DNA of 64,000 nucleotides from Klebsormidium nitens (lineage: Eukaryota; Plantae; Klebsormidiophyceae): NCBI GenBank assembly GCA_000708835.1, contig DF237333.1, positions 1-64,000 on the forward strand, given 5' to 3'. Of the stretch, positions 1 through 10,650 are shown piece after piece. The notes below the pieces were generated by a model. That model was not told the DNA's origin and did not search any database. It saw only the letters and a program-made list of their open reading frames with translations. Position numbers and translations under genes: made by a program. The first letter of the stretch is position 1, and each line of letters starts with the position of its first letter.

Positions 1-190
1 GCCCCCTTCTAGGCACGATCATGCCACTAGCACAAGTACCTTTCACGTTGCACCGAAGTGGTATAGCTTCTTCTAATGATAACGACCATACATTATGCAC
101 ATCGATGCTGTTGGAACATGCATGCAGTATATGATGAAACGTACAAGTCATGGTAACCTTTTGATCGGTGTCTTTATTTCAACAGTGTTT

Positions 191-3100
191 TTAGTACATC
201 AAGAGTCGGTGCCGTACAGACGGGCTCCATGTGTCTGCTCTGCCCGCAATGCGCAGCTTTGGTGCGTCAACTCGTGGGAGATCGCTATTCCGTCCGCTGA
301 TCAGGTTAGCGAGGATGACCATGAACGCTACGAGGCTACTATACCACGCTTGCGTCTTGAAGGTGACAAGAAACGCGTTGCACGACTCCACTGCCGACGT
401 ATTGACCCATCGCACAGAGTCGTAGTAGTCTGCACGTAATACGGGGATTGAATTAGTTCATCCCAGGAAAGCCTTGAGACATGGCATTATAGAAGAATGC
501 TGCATAGACATGCACTCTTGAAAGGCAGTCAGAACTTGCCTCCCTATTCTACAGAAGAGAGAGGGCATTTTTGACTGAGTCACTTTTAACCCGCTTCTTT
601 GCATACACACTGTGGATGGGCGGCCCTTTCGAGCCGAGTCAGAGCACATGTGCCTTGCAAATGCATCAGGGCCTCACCTGTGTTGTATGATGGACCACAC
701 TTGTGTGCCTCGGCGGTTGTGTGGTGGAAGTGGAATCTGTTAGGATCAAGCACGAAATGAGAATCTAAAAGGTACAATAGTGCCCAGCTGAAGAAAGTCG
801 CAATGCTGCATGGCAACGGCACGGAGTATCACCAGAATTGCTCTCAACAAGAGCCGCCCCTTGGCTTGCGCAAATCTTCGGACCCTACCTATCGACCAGG
901 AACCGAACGTCCGCAAAGAACGCCGGCTCTCTCCGCATCGCGTAGGCGCGCAGCTTGCAAGCGTTGTCGTGTACGAGGACCAGAGGAAGATCTCTCCGAT
1001 TGAGTCGGGTGTAGAGGACGGTGAAAGGATCTCGCGGCGACTCTCCGCGGAGCATGACGTGGAACCCGTATATTACGCGGTGCGTACAGCAGAAGACGAA
1101 GCCGCCCTTCGTGTGCCGTTGGAGGCGCTTGTTCTTCTTTAACCCGCTTTCCAGAGCAACCTTGGCATCGAATTCACCGACGGTGAGCCCGCTCCGACAC
1201 CGGTGCTCCTCGTCGCGCTCGCGAGACCTACCGAGGTCGTCTTCAAACGGTTCATATTGCGGCAGGGGGCGTTTTTGCTCCCACCCTGGAAGCGGGTAGC
1301 AGCCTAGCTCTCGTTGCTCACGACAATAGGGATGGTCCGGAGGAAGGGGTCCAGGCTCCGATCCGTCCGCCTCGAGACCGAGCCGCTCGTTCAACAACAT
1401 CCGCTCCGGCGGAAGGAGGGCGTACTCGTGCGGATCTGGAGGGGACAGGCTTTCGACCCTTGGGAGAAGAGCATTCGCCCGGGCCGCCCAGAAGTCGAAG
1501 GCTTGCTGCTGCTCGAAGCTCAGGGGTTTTGGCTCCCGCTCCAGCCACACGCAGACATCGAGGCCTTCGATGGCCGACAACGCCCACCCCGCCCGTCCAA
1601 CCCCAAGCCCCATCGCTCCCCGTGCAAACAGCGTCAACCGATACAGGTGGTGTAGCGCGGGATGGAAATACCGGGGAAAGTGGTCACCGTAGTGGTCTAG
1701 TAACCGGCGCAGGATTGGGGAATGCTCGGCCAGCACGACCCTGTCGTCGTCGTTTGCGGCTCTCCCTAGCAGAAGCTTGCGGACCACTCCCAGGGCCTTC
1801 CCATGCTGGATGAGGTTGGAGTCGTCCGAGACCGGAAACGGCGCCCCGAGGGTGTAGAGCAATTCCGCCCATCTGTTGGGGCAGTGCGGAGGCCATCGGG
1901 CCCCGTCTTGCAATGCTTCTGCCTGGACGCCCTTGAGAAGCTCGCACACCGCCGTGTTCTTTGATCGTATCTGGCCGACTTGATGGCTCGGGATCCGTCG
2001 ACGCCAGTGCAAGAGAACGGGGTCGGCATCCGCATCATCCGGATCTTGGACAAAGTCCACGACAACCTGCACGTCGTCTCTTTCAAGCGCGACCTGCACA
2101 AAAGACGCCTGGTCAGGGCAGAGCATGAAGGACTATTGATTCTTGTCCGTTTGCTTGCATGGTTTGAACGTTCAAAGAGTCGTTGACAAACTCACGGCGT
2201 CGGAAAGACAGACTGCTCATGATGGGCATGCTTGAATCTAAACCAAAACTTACCAGGAGCTCCTCGTACTCTCGTGCACTTGGCGTCTTTCCCAGCTCGG
2301 GGTCAGCAGCATGGTGTCCGCTGAATCGCGCTCGAAGCGTCCGGAGCTCGGGCTGATGCAGGAGACGCTTTTTCAGGCCCCCTCCCGCAAGAGACGCCGC
2401 CAGGTAGTGGCTTCCAGCCACCATGACTTTCCGCACGCTGACTCCATCGGAGCCTTGACTTGGAGCCGTGAACGGACGAAGCAAGGCTGCATCTGTTCCG
2501 GCAAGCCCACCCTTCTGGCGCGTGCCGTCAGCGCAAGCAAGCCCCGCGATGCCATCGCACAGAAGGACCTACGCAAAAAGACAACGCATTGTTTTTGAAA
2601 GGGCAAATGTCATGATTCTTGGTTGCCCTTCCTCTGATGACGTCAACAACGAGCGACCGTGAAAAGTTTGAGCTAGACCTTGGACACTTGGACACGCCGA
2701 GACGGGGTCTTCCTCCGATGACGTCAGCAACGAGTGACCGCAAAAAGTTTGTGCTAGACCTTGGACACTTGGACACGACAGCAAGACCAGCCTGCGCAGT
2801 GATGACGTCAGCAACGAGCTACCGCAAAAAGTTTGTGCTAGACCTTGGACACTTGGACACGGCAGCAAGACCAGCTTGCGCAGTGATGACAGTCAGCAAC
2901 GAGCGATCGCATAATATTTGTGCTAGACCTTGGACACTTGGACACGCCAAGATGAGGTCTCCCTCGGATGACGTTAACGACAAGCGACCCCGAAAAGTTG
3001 GAGACTTTGACACGCCGAGATATGGCAACACTTGATGACATTTGACGATAAAGTCATAAGGTAAGGTGCGTAAGAATTTTGATGGTGGTTGGGAGCACCA

Positions 3101-5978
3101 AGTGCCTTCATGGATTGCGGACGTGGACGTCAAGTGTTGCAGAACATACCTCCGGATGTGGCCCGCACAGAGAGCAGCACTCCATGATCTGCCGCCCGCA
3201 CAGCTTGAAGAAGCCAAGGCTCGCCTTACGCCAACACTCATCCGACAAGGTGGTCGCATCGGGGTTGTATTGACGCCGCACCGTATTGCCAGCTGCAACG
3301 AGCGAGCTGAAAGCAGCTCCCGACTTCTGAACGGACCGCAGCAGGATCTGACAGGCAACTTGCGTAACCACCACTCCGCGCGTCCATGCGTACAATCCGA
3401 GCGCCTCCCCGTTGAAGTGAACGGTATGCTTCTCGGGGCATGCGCAGCAGTAGATCCGGAGCTTGACCTGCACAAATACAAAAGACCAAGGTGCCGTCCG
3501 ATGATTGGCAGCTTTAATTGGAACAGGGCTATGAGCTCTAGGTTGACTCACTCGCAATCAGAACTAAAGATCACAAGGGTTTGATCTGCGTCAAGCATCT
3601 CTCTTGACTGATCTTCCTCTTATTGTCCTCATCTGTTTGTAGGACGTTGTGCCACTCAATCAATCTTTGCAAGAGGGTCAATTACAGGCATGCACGATGG
3701 TGAACTTACCTCTTGCGACCAATACAGGTCGTATATCTGTGCACTCTGCCACAACCCCGACCAGTGGGTCTTGCAAGGGGGTGGCCGTCGCGGGCACGGT
3801 GCGGAGAGACTCTTTGCTGCGCTCAGCTCTTCGAAATCTCGGGCCATGAGCTCGCTGACTCGAACGGGCCTCCGCAACAGCGACACCTCGGGATCGTGGA
3901 CCTGCCAGGCATCCGTCGGGCGAACGAGCTTGGGCACCTCCAGCTGCACGCCCTCAGCTTCCATGGGCAACACCGTCGCAACGCCCCGAGCGGCACCATG
4001 TTTGCACACGTTTGAAGGGCACACGCAGATGTTACACACCGGGATTAAGAACGCATTCCGGTCCTTGACTTGGGGGGCACTATCCGTTCTTCGCTCCCCC
4101 TCCTCAACTGCATCCGACTCGACCTCCCCCGTGCTGCCCGTTGCAGCGTCCGGCTCCTCCGTTTTTGTACCTTTTGCCACCCAAAACGATTTGCCTCTGC
4201 GTTTGTTCGCCTCCCCGACGCCATCGGAGCTTTCTCCTTGCCTCGATCGAACCCTCTTTCCGTTCGTTTGTGCAGACGTGCAGCATCTCGCTGCGCAAGG
4301 CTCCACGGCCACCTCAGCGTCGCCGCCGAACACCCTCGGATGCTGCTTGCAGAAGCAGCTTGACCCTTTGCATGCAGCCCTCTCGTGACTGCCAACGACC
4401 AGCTCCTCCACATAGACGTCCACATCGGCATCGGGTGCATACAGCCCGTTGCGCACTATGCCGTTACCACCTCGGCTCTCCCCCAGCCCGTCCTTCAAAG
4501 ATGCTTTTGCAAGCTCAAGCTGCCCATCCGAGAACGAACACTTGCTCAGTTTGTCCACACCGCCCGGTCGACTCAAAGCTCCCCTCACCCTTTGAATGTG
4601 CAAGCAGTCAGACGTCTTACTGCATCCGCTCTTCCTCCCCTCGCAATACCAGCCCATCTGCGCCCCCTCTCCATGGTGGACCATCGTCCTCTGAGGTGAG
4701 GGCGAACCTGCATTCCAGTACACCCCGAAAACCCGCTCCCCGATCCTGTCACATGGAATTTCCACCACTCTCGCCCCCCTCTGCAGCGATATGGCGCTCG
4801 CTAGCCCCGGCGGCTCCAACGCCTGTAGCACAAGCTTGTGCACGCACGGCGCCTGGGAATACCGTCGGCCGCAATCGCAAGTGCAGCTCAGGTTTCCCAT
4901 CGTGTCCCGATGCACCGTCTCAAGCAATGCGCGCACTTTGCTAGGGCGCCCGAGAGGTTTGGATCTGGCGGCGTTGTGATTCCAAGTGCTAGCCAGGTAG
5001 ACAGGACTAGCGGATCCAGGCTCGCCAACCCTGTAAAGAGCGCACTCTCCTGATCGGAGGCCATCGAGATACATCACAGCTTGGTCGAGGATGGTCCGAC
5101 AACCCTCCGCGTCGGACGGTTCGCCGTTCTCTAAGTGAAGTTGCCCCTGCATCCACATTAGAAACATAGTTAGACGTGCCGCAAATGGTGGAAGACTTGT
5201 AAGCGCTCCCTAAAGCTCCGATTAGCCGCGGTGTGATCCATCAGCATAAGATCTTCGACTTTTCTTCTATTCCTATATGGTTTTCCTTGTTGTGCACACT
5301 TGGATCAATTACGCAGCATTTTCTAGGCTGTAAAAAAGCATACGGATAGTGCTCAATCAAACATTCACAAGCAGATGCAGAGACTACTAGGGATGGAAGA
5401 TTTGCATTCCTGCTTACCTCCACTTGCGCGCTGGACATTGCCGTCTCCCCCACTTTTCGGCCTCTGTTCACCGCTGCTTGCGCTGCAGTAGTCCTGCGGC
5501 GCCCGCCTGGCCGTTCCTCCTCTGCCTTCTCTCGCAGTTTGCCAATCTCGCCCCCGGACACCTCTTTCACTTGGCTCCATGCCCCCCCTAGTCTCTCGCG
5601 CTGGAACCAGACTTCAGCTGAACCCACCGAGTTCCGGTTGGTCCTTGCTACGCTAATTGTGAGCTTGGCAGCACACTGGGTGACAGGACCAAAATGCCGC
5701 TTTACGCACTCAAGACAAAGAGGCCAGCGCTTTTTCTGACCCTTGGCAACCGATTCGGGTGAGCTGATTGCAAAGCCCTTCAGTGCATGGTTTTTCCGGA
5801 ATGTGAGTTGGTAGTCCTTTGTCACAAGTGTTTGTTTGCAAAGCGGGCACTTGGTAGCTAGTGAATTGGCGGGGTCGGCTCCGTAGGCTTGTGGATCTAC
5901 AATAATGTTGCCACAGCTAACCTCCCTCTGACTGGAAATGTTCAGTCGGGCCAGACTGAATCCTGGGGTTGATTGCAT
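191..5978 (-). CDS. KDZ-superfamily (Kyakuja/Dileera/Zisupton-like) DDE transposase with N-terminal Cys clusters and SWIM finger; spliced, about 1382 aa
   Basis: Hand-built exons (minus): 5978-5418, 5146-3710, 3467-3150, 2568-2254, 2108-889, 736-678, 429-191. All introns are GT-AG, phases are consistent, total 4149 nt. Motifs: SWIM CTCDC..CVH; CSLCGPHPE/VLLCDG; GGFVFCCTHRVIYGFHVMLRGESPRD; VHDNACKL; FLVDR/FHFHH..HKC; NTSAVESCNAFL. The exon 1 to exon 2 join and the start codon are the least certain parts. Confidence 0.8.
2636..3040. repeat. Intronic minisatellite, 81-84 bp unit, about 5 copies
   Basis: Core GATGACGTCAGCAACGAG..ACCGCAAAAAGTTTGTGCTAGACCTTGGACACTTGGACACG starts at about 2636, 2717, 2801 and 2885, with a degenerate copy at about 2967. 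It lies inside transposase intron 2569-3149. Confidence 0.9.
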
Positions 5979-6172
5979 GTTCCCCGAGCTCCCTCAAGAT
6001 GTCAAGAGGGGTGGCCGGACTGCTTGCTGGTTAGCGATGGTTGTCTCTGGTAGAGTGCTAAATAGGTCGAAAAATACTCGGATGCGGAAGAGGGCCAGTT
6101 GGAAATGAAAGAAATGAGCGAATATCTGACCTTTTGTACCCTGATTTCCGGGCCGCAGCTCGGACGCCCGAC

Positions 6173-6259
6173 AGCCTGCTTACGTGGTCGGGTGCTCTGT
6201 TGGCAGACCTTTTCGGACGGCCGGTAGCCTGCTTACGTGGTCGGGTGCTCTGTTGGCAG
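6173..6259. repeat. 34-bp perfect direct repeat, period 53 bp
   Basis: AGCCTGCTTACGTGGTCGGGTGCTCTGTTGGCAG occurs at 6173-6206 and 6226-6259. Confidence 0.9.
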
Positions 6260-6840
6260 GCTTCCAGAACGGTCCACTCGATAGTACATATTCGGCCGGC
6301 GGTCCGGCGGTATTTTTCGTGAGACGGGTCAGACTGCTAACCCCCTCGACCGCCCCGGGCCCTAAATCGACACCCTCGGCACCCGGACCGATTTACTTCC
6401 GCGCTACACATCCAGCAGGGGGTCCCGGTCTAGGATTCCTCTGCGGTACATGGTCGAAAGTACCGGCACATTGACGGTTCTCTTCCGCAGTGAGACGTGC
6501 CGGCTGCTATTGACGCCGTTGATATGCCGTTCGGCACGCGCGCGGAATCTGGGCCGTACATTTTATGCCATTGAACTGATGGTGAGCCCCTGCAAGGTCA
6601 ACTTGTGCAAGCAGGATCATCCTCCGAGTCCCAGGCTCCCGCGTGACGGTCCGGGTGTGCAGTGGGGCATGCAGCAGTGGTGCAAAAATGGCGGCTTCCC
6701 GCAAGGCTGGTCCCTGATCTCTTAAAACTGTCAAAAACATCTGGGCTTTTGTTCTTCCTTTTTGAATTGTGGTTTGATCAAAGCAGGCGCCCTCGGTTTG
6801 AAGTGTTGTGCCCGTAGCACAAGGGGTTGCACAAAACGTT

Positions 6841-9800
6841 ATGATGGCAGGCACGTCGTGTCTAGAACCAACCTTTTGCTTATCCGGCCTGTCTCGGACA
6901 CTGGCTTTGCAAGGGCCGGTCTCTTATCGACAACAAGCAGTATGCAGCAGCCCTGTGCATGCTTGCATGAAGGAGTTGAGGAGGCCGGCGCTCCTTGAGA
7001 ATCATCCAGGGTTGCTTTTTGGTCTCAAGTCATGTGACGACTGGAGACCTAGGTTTCATAGTCATGCTAGAGAGGTGTGCTGGCAACAGCGAGCATCAAC
7101 GGCTGCCAGGGCATTGACTGCAGGTAGGGATGCTCATCAAGCAGCACAAGGCTAGTCTCCAGAGGAGGTCCTTCCTAGGTTGAAAATTAGGGTTTGCGTG
7201 TGCAGGCGATATTGAGATACAAACTTGCTGGCTGCTTCGTGGTTTGAGTTTGTTAGCAAAGTCCAAGAGCAGGCTCAGTGTCATTGTACAGGCTCAAGGT
7301 CAAAGGGGCTGTTTCGTAGCCTCCGTCTTTGACCCCTTGTTGACCTGGTTGACTCTTGATCTGGCGTTGAGGATTGACATGCATCAAGGCTTTGACCAGC
7401 ATGTCTTGCTTTCACATGCTGTATAATCCTGTTCCCTTCTCTCACCTGTTTCTTTTCTGGTCCAGCTCAAGCATCCTTCCAGCAGTTTCAGTGTTAACAC
7501 ATGAGGCACTCAGTATTATGTTGCAGCTGCCAACTTTCCTTTAAATACCATATTCAAATTATCAACCTGAAGGTGGCTTGTCTTGTTCTACAGCTCCTCC
7601 TGCCCCAAGCCCTGAAAAAGAGGCTTCCAAGGCGGATGCTTGGTCCAGCACAAGGATACCCAAGAGCATAAATGAGATCAGCAACGGTGAAAACATTCTG
7701 GGCTTTGGGGCAAATCTTTCTGCGGATCATCCGGTAAGTCAGCTGCTTTTGTTGGTCGACACTCTGACCATGTCTGGAGTACTTGATTGTTTGATAAGTA
7801 GCCGTCTTTTGTGCACCTGGTTGTGGGTCCTTGATGAGTTGGTTGTTACAAAAAGCCTAAAGATTCAAGGTCTTGCTGATTGGTCTTGTCTTGGAGCGGA
7901 CCCAGTACACCAAGTTGAGGAGTTATGGTTGGTCTGGGCAGTTCTCATGTCGTAAGTCAGCTGCTTTTGTTCTGCTTTTGATGGCCTCTGAGCTTTTATG
8001 GATTGAGGAGAACGTCGGCGCCTCATTCTGAGTTGTTATGCTTGTTTGATGAGATGTGTAGAGGATTGTTCGGGTTGTTTTCAGGCTTGTTGGGGTGGTG
8101 ATCAGTATGCAATCCGAGCTTTCTGTTAATATGGGTCGCCGTACGTTTGCAGGGCTACAATGATGAGGAGTACAAGCGGAGGCGGATGCAGATTGTGGAA
8201 CTAGCAAAGCAGCATGTGCCGTAAGTGGAGTCGAGTGCCCTCCTGTGTTGGACAGAGTGCGAGGCAACGTTACAAGGCTGATACGAAGATCGATGCCAAA
8301 AGTATGTCGCTTTGTGGTTAGGCAGCAAGGAAAGCTTTGAGTCCTACTGTTGCGTGACAACTAAGCAAACCTGTTGCCTGCCCTAACGAGCCGATCCTGG
8401 TGTCAATATCGAATGTTTCAGGATCGACGGGGAAGAGGCCCAAACATCCAGCTCAAACTCCAGCGTATCATGAGAGAGGCATGGTCTCTGTTCTCCCTCA
8501 CCTCTTGTCATGTGTAGTTGGTCGATTCAAGATTCTCGGTGAAACCAGTTTCTTCTGAGTGATCTCTTTTGAGTGACCCCCCGTGATTCCTGCCTTCGTA
8601 GCACCTCTACAAAGCGTGCTCTAACACAAAACTCTGCCTTTGTGGCAACTCCGAAAAGCGTGCTCCAAGTCAAAACGCAAAAAGACAGTTACCGAGCATG
8701 TTCAGACAACTCTTCCGACAAAATTGACGCGAGTTTTGTGAGTTGCAGGGGTCAGCCGGTTCCTTATGTTGAGTACACTCCAGCGGAAACGGCTGTGTGG
8801 GGCGAGGTACTGACCAAGCTGGAGAAGCTGTACCCCGATTTCGCGTGTAAACAGTTCCTGGATACGTTCTCGCTCTTCAACTTCAGGCCTGACAGAGTCC
8901 CGCAGCTGCAGGTGAGCAACAATCTGGGAGAATCGTTTCCGGAAGGTCAAAGTGCTTGTCTACGGGTCTCGAGATGTTCCGGACAGGACTCGCTTTTCCT
9001 TGCCGGAACCGAAGGAGAATTGGATCGAAGTTGTTCCTACCAACGTCGGAGCTTTTCTAAACTACAAACGAGATCATTCAGGCCTGCCGATACATATGGA
9101 CGCAGACTCGAAATTTCTTCACCTCTTTCAAAATGCAGCTCCTCATGAGCTTTCTTAGTGTGATGAACACCAGCTCTTTACCAGTTCCATAAGACCAAGT
9201 GTCAAGTTTCCTAAATCCCCCGCAGGACATGTCGGAGGTCCTTCAGCAGCGCACCGGGTGGACCATCCGCCCCGTTGCCGGCCTCCTGCACCCCCGCGAC
9301 TTCCTGAACGGCCTCGCGTTCCGCACCTTCCACTCGACGCAGTACATCCGCCACGGAAGCAACCCCATGTACACCCCGGAACCGGACATCTGCCACGAGC
9401 TGCTCGGGCACGTGCCTATGCTGGCCGACCCCGCGTTTGCGGACATGGCGTATAGCATCGGGCTGGCGAGCCTGGGGGCGTCCAAGGAGGACTGCTGGCA
9501 CCTCACCAAGCTGTACTGGTGAGTACCGGGCCTGTTGTCGTCTGTTTCTGGCATTTTAATGAAACAACTAGCTCAGACTCAGAGAGTACTTGGAACTGTT
9601 GTTGTTCTTCCTGGTACTTAATGTACGCAATTTAGCGGCGGTTGGTTGCGAGAACGTTGTCATCTGGTCTGGCGCTCTTACCTAGCGATTGGTCGTGAGA
9701 ATGTCGCGTTTGTTTTCGGTGTTCTTTCCTTATGATCCGCTGCAAGAGGGCTGGCCTGGCCTGGCGGCTTGCAAACCGGTTGTACTGGAGGAAAGTGGGG

Positions 9801-10650
9801 CAATACTGAAGAAGTGCGCTTCGACAGAACGAAATGGTGATCTGATAGAGCCCCTGTTTGCAATTTGGCTCGGCTTATGCGCGGCTTGTGTCGTGGTTGT
9901 TGTGATTTGGGGCAGGGCGAGAAAGAAGAATTCTTACGTCAAGTCGTCAGGCCGCAGACATATCTCTGTGTGACTGAGAGGCTTGCTGGCAGGACCCTAG
10001 GGATTGTCATCAGCGGCTCGCTTTGTTCCAGGGCGCGGTTGGCTCTCTGAGTTTTGCAAATACCGTGTCAAGCTGGCATAGAGGGCATGTACAGCTCAGT
10101 CTTTCTTCTTCTACCGCCTGATATCCGAGCGGTTAGAAATCTCGTACGAAGAAATGGTATCGAGTTTCCTGATCCTTGTGTGAGTGTTTCCGTTCAAAGC
10201 AGCACCTGCTTGACACATCTCTAAAAGTATGGTACGTTTATCGTTTTCGCTCTGATAAGCTGCAGTTGAGCTTCTTCTCCGAAGAAACCAATCTTCCTGC
10301 TGTCAGTCGCATCCGAACCGTCGCAACCCTCATCTACCTACGCTTTCAGGTACACGGTTGAGTTCGGTGTCATCAAGGAGGGCGAGCAGCTGAAGGCATT
10401 TGGCGCCGGCATCCTGTCCAGCTTTGGGGAGCTAGAGTGGTTCCAGCACGGGAAGGGCGATCAGCGGCCCGTCTTTGAGCCCCTGGACCCCTTTGGAAAG
10501 CTGACCAAGATGAGTTACAAGGACGGCTTCCAGAAGAAGTACTATGTTGCGGACAGCTTCGAGGACTTATCAGCAAAGATCAAGGAGTACGCGACCTATC
10601 TTCATAACAAGAACAAGGTGACCAGTTTGGACTTGTCCATACTACAGTAG
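6841..10650 (+). CDS. PAH: Phenylalanine 4-hydroxylase (aromatic amino acid hydroxylase) with probable plastid transit peptide; 415 aa
   Basis: Exons 6841-7123, 7594-7733, 8153-8220, 8749-8911, 9226-9518, 10350-10650 (1248 nt, phases consistent). Motifs: [67 protein letters not shown]. No ACT domain; exon 1 is Ser/Ala/Arg-rich. Confidence 0.93.

Larger units (their letters stand above)
191..6259 (-). mobile_element. KDZ-type DNA transposon (termini not resolved; 3' end may extend past the window start)
   Basis: Contains the transposase gene plus an upstream direct-repeat block at about 6160-6259. No TIR or TSD could be identified by eye. Confidence 0.6.

Noticed and set aside
2636-3040. CRISPR-like repeat/spacer appearance
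   Set aside because: The constant part is about 60 bp and the 'spacers' are only two recurring types. There are no cas genes, and the array lies in a spliceosomal intron, so it is a minisatellite.
3066-3584. 172-aa plus-strand ORF, and similar overlapping ORFs at 3690-4388 and 4141-4944
   Set aside because: These are antisense shadows of GC-rich transposase exons and have no recognisable motifs.
1-6500. Terminal inverted repeats or TSD for the KDZ element; linked TET/JBP gene
   Set aside because: No convincing inverted match was found between 1-190 and 6260-6500, and no 2OG-Fe dioxygenase motif was seen. The element end may lie outside the window.
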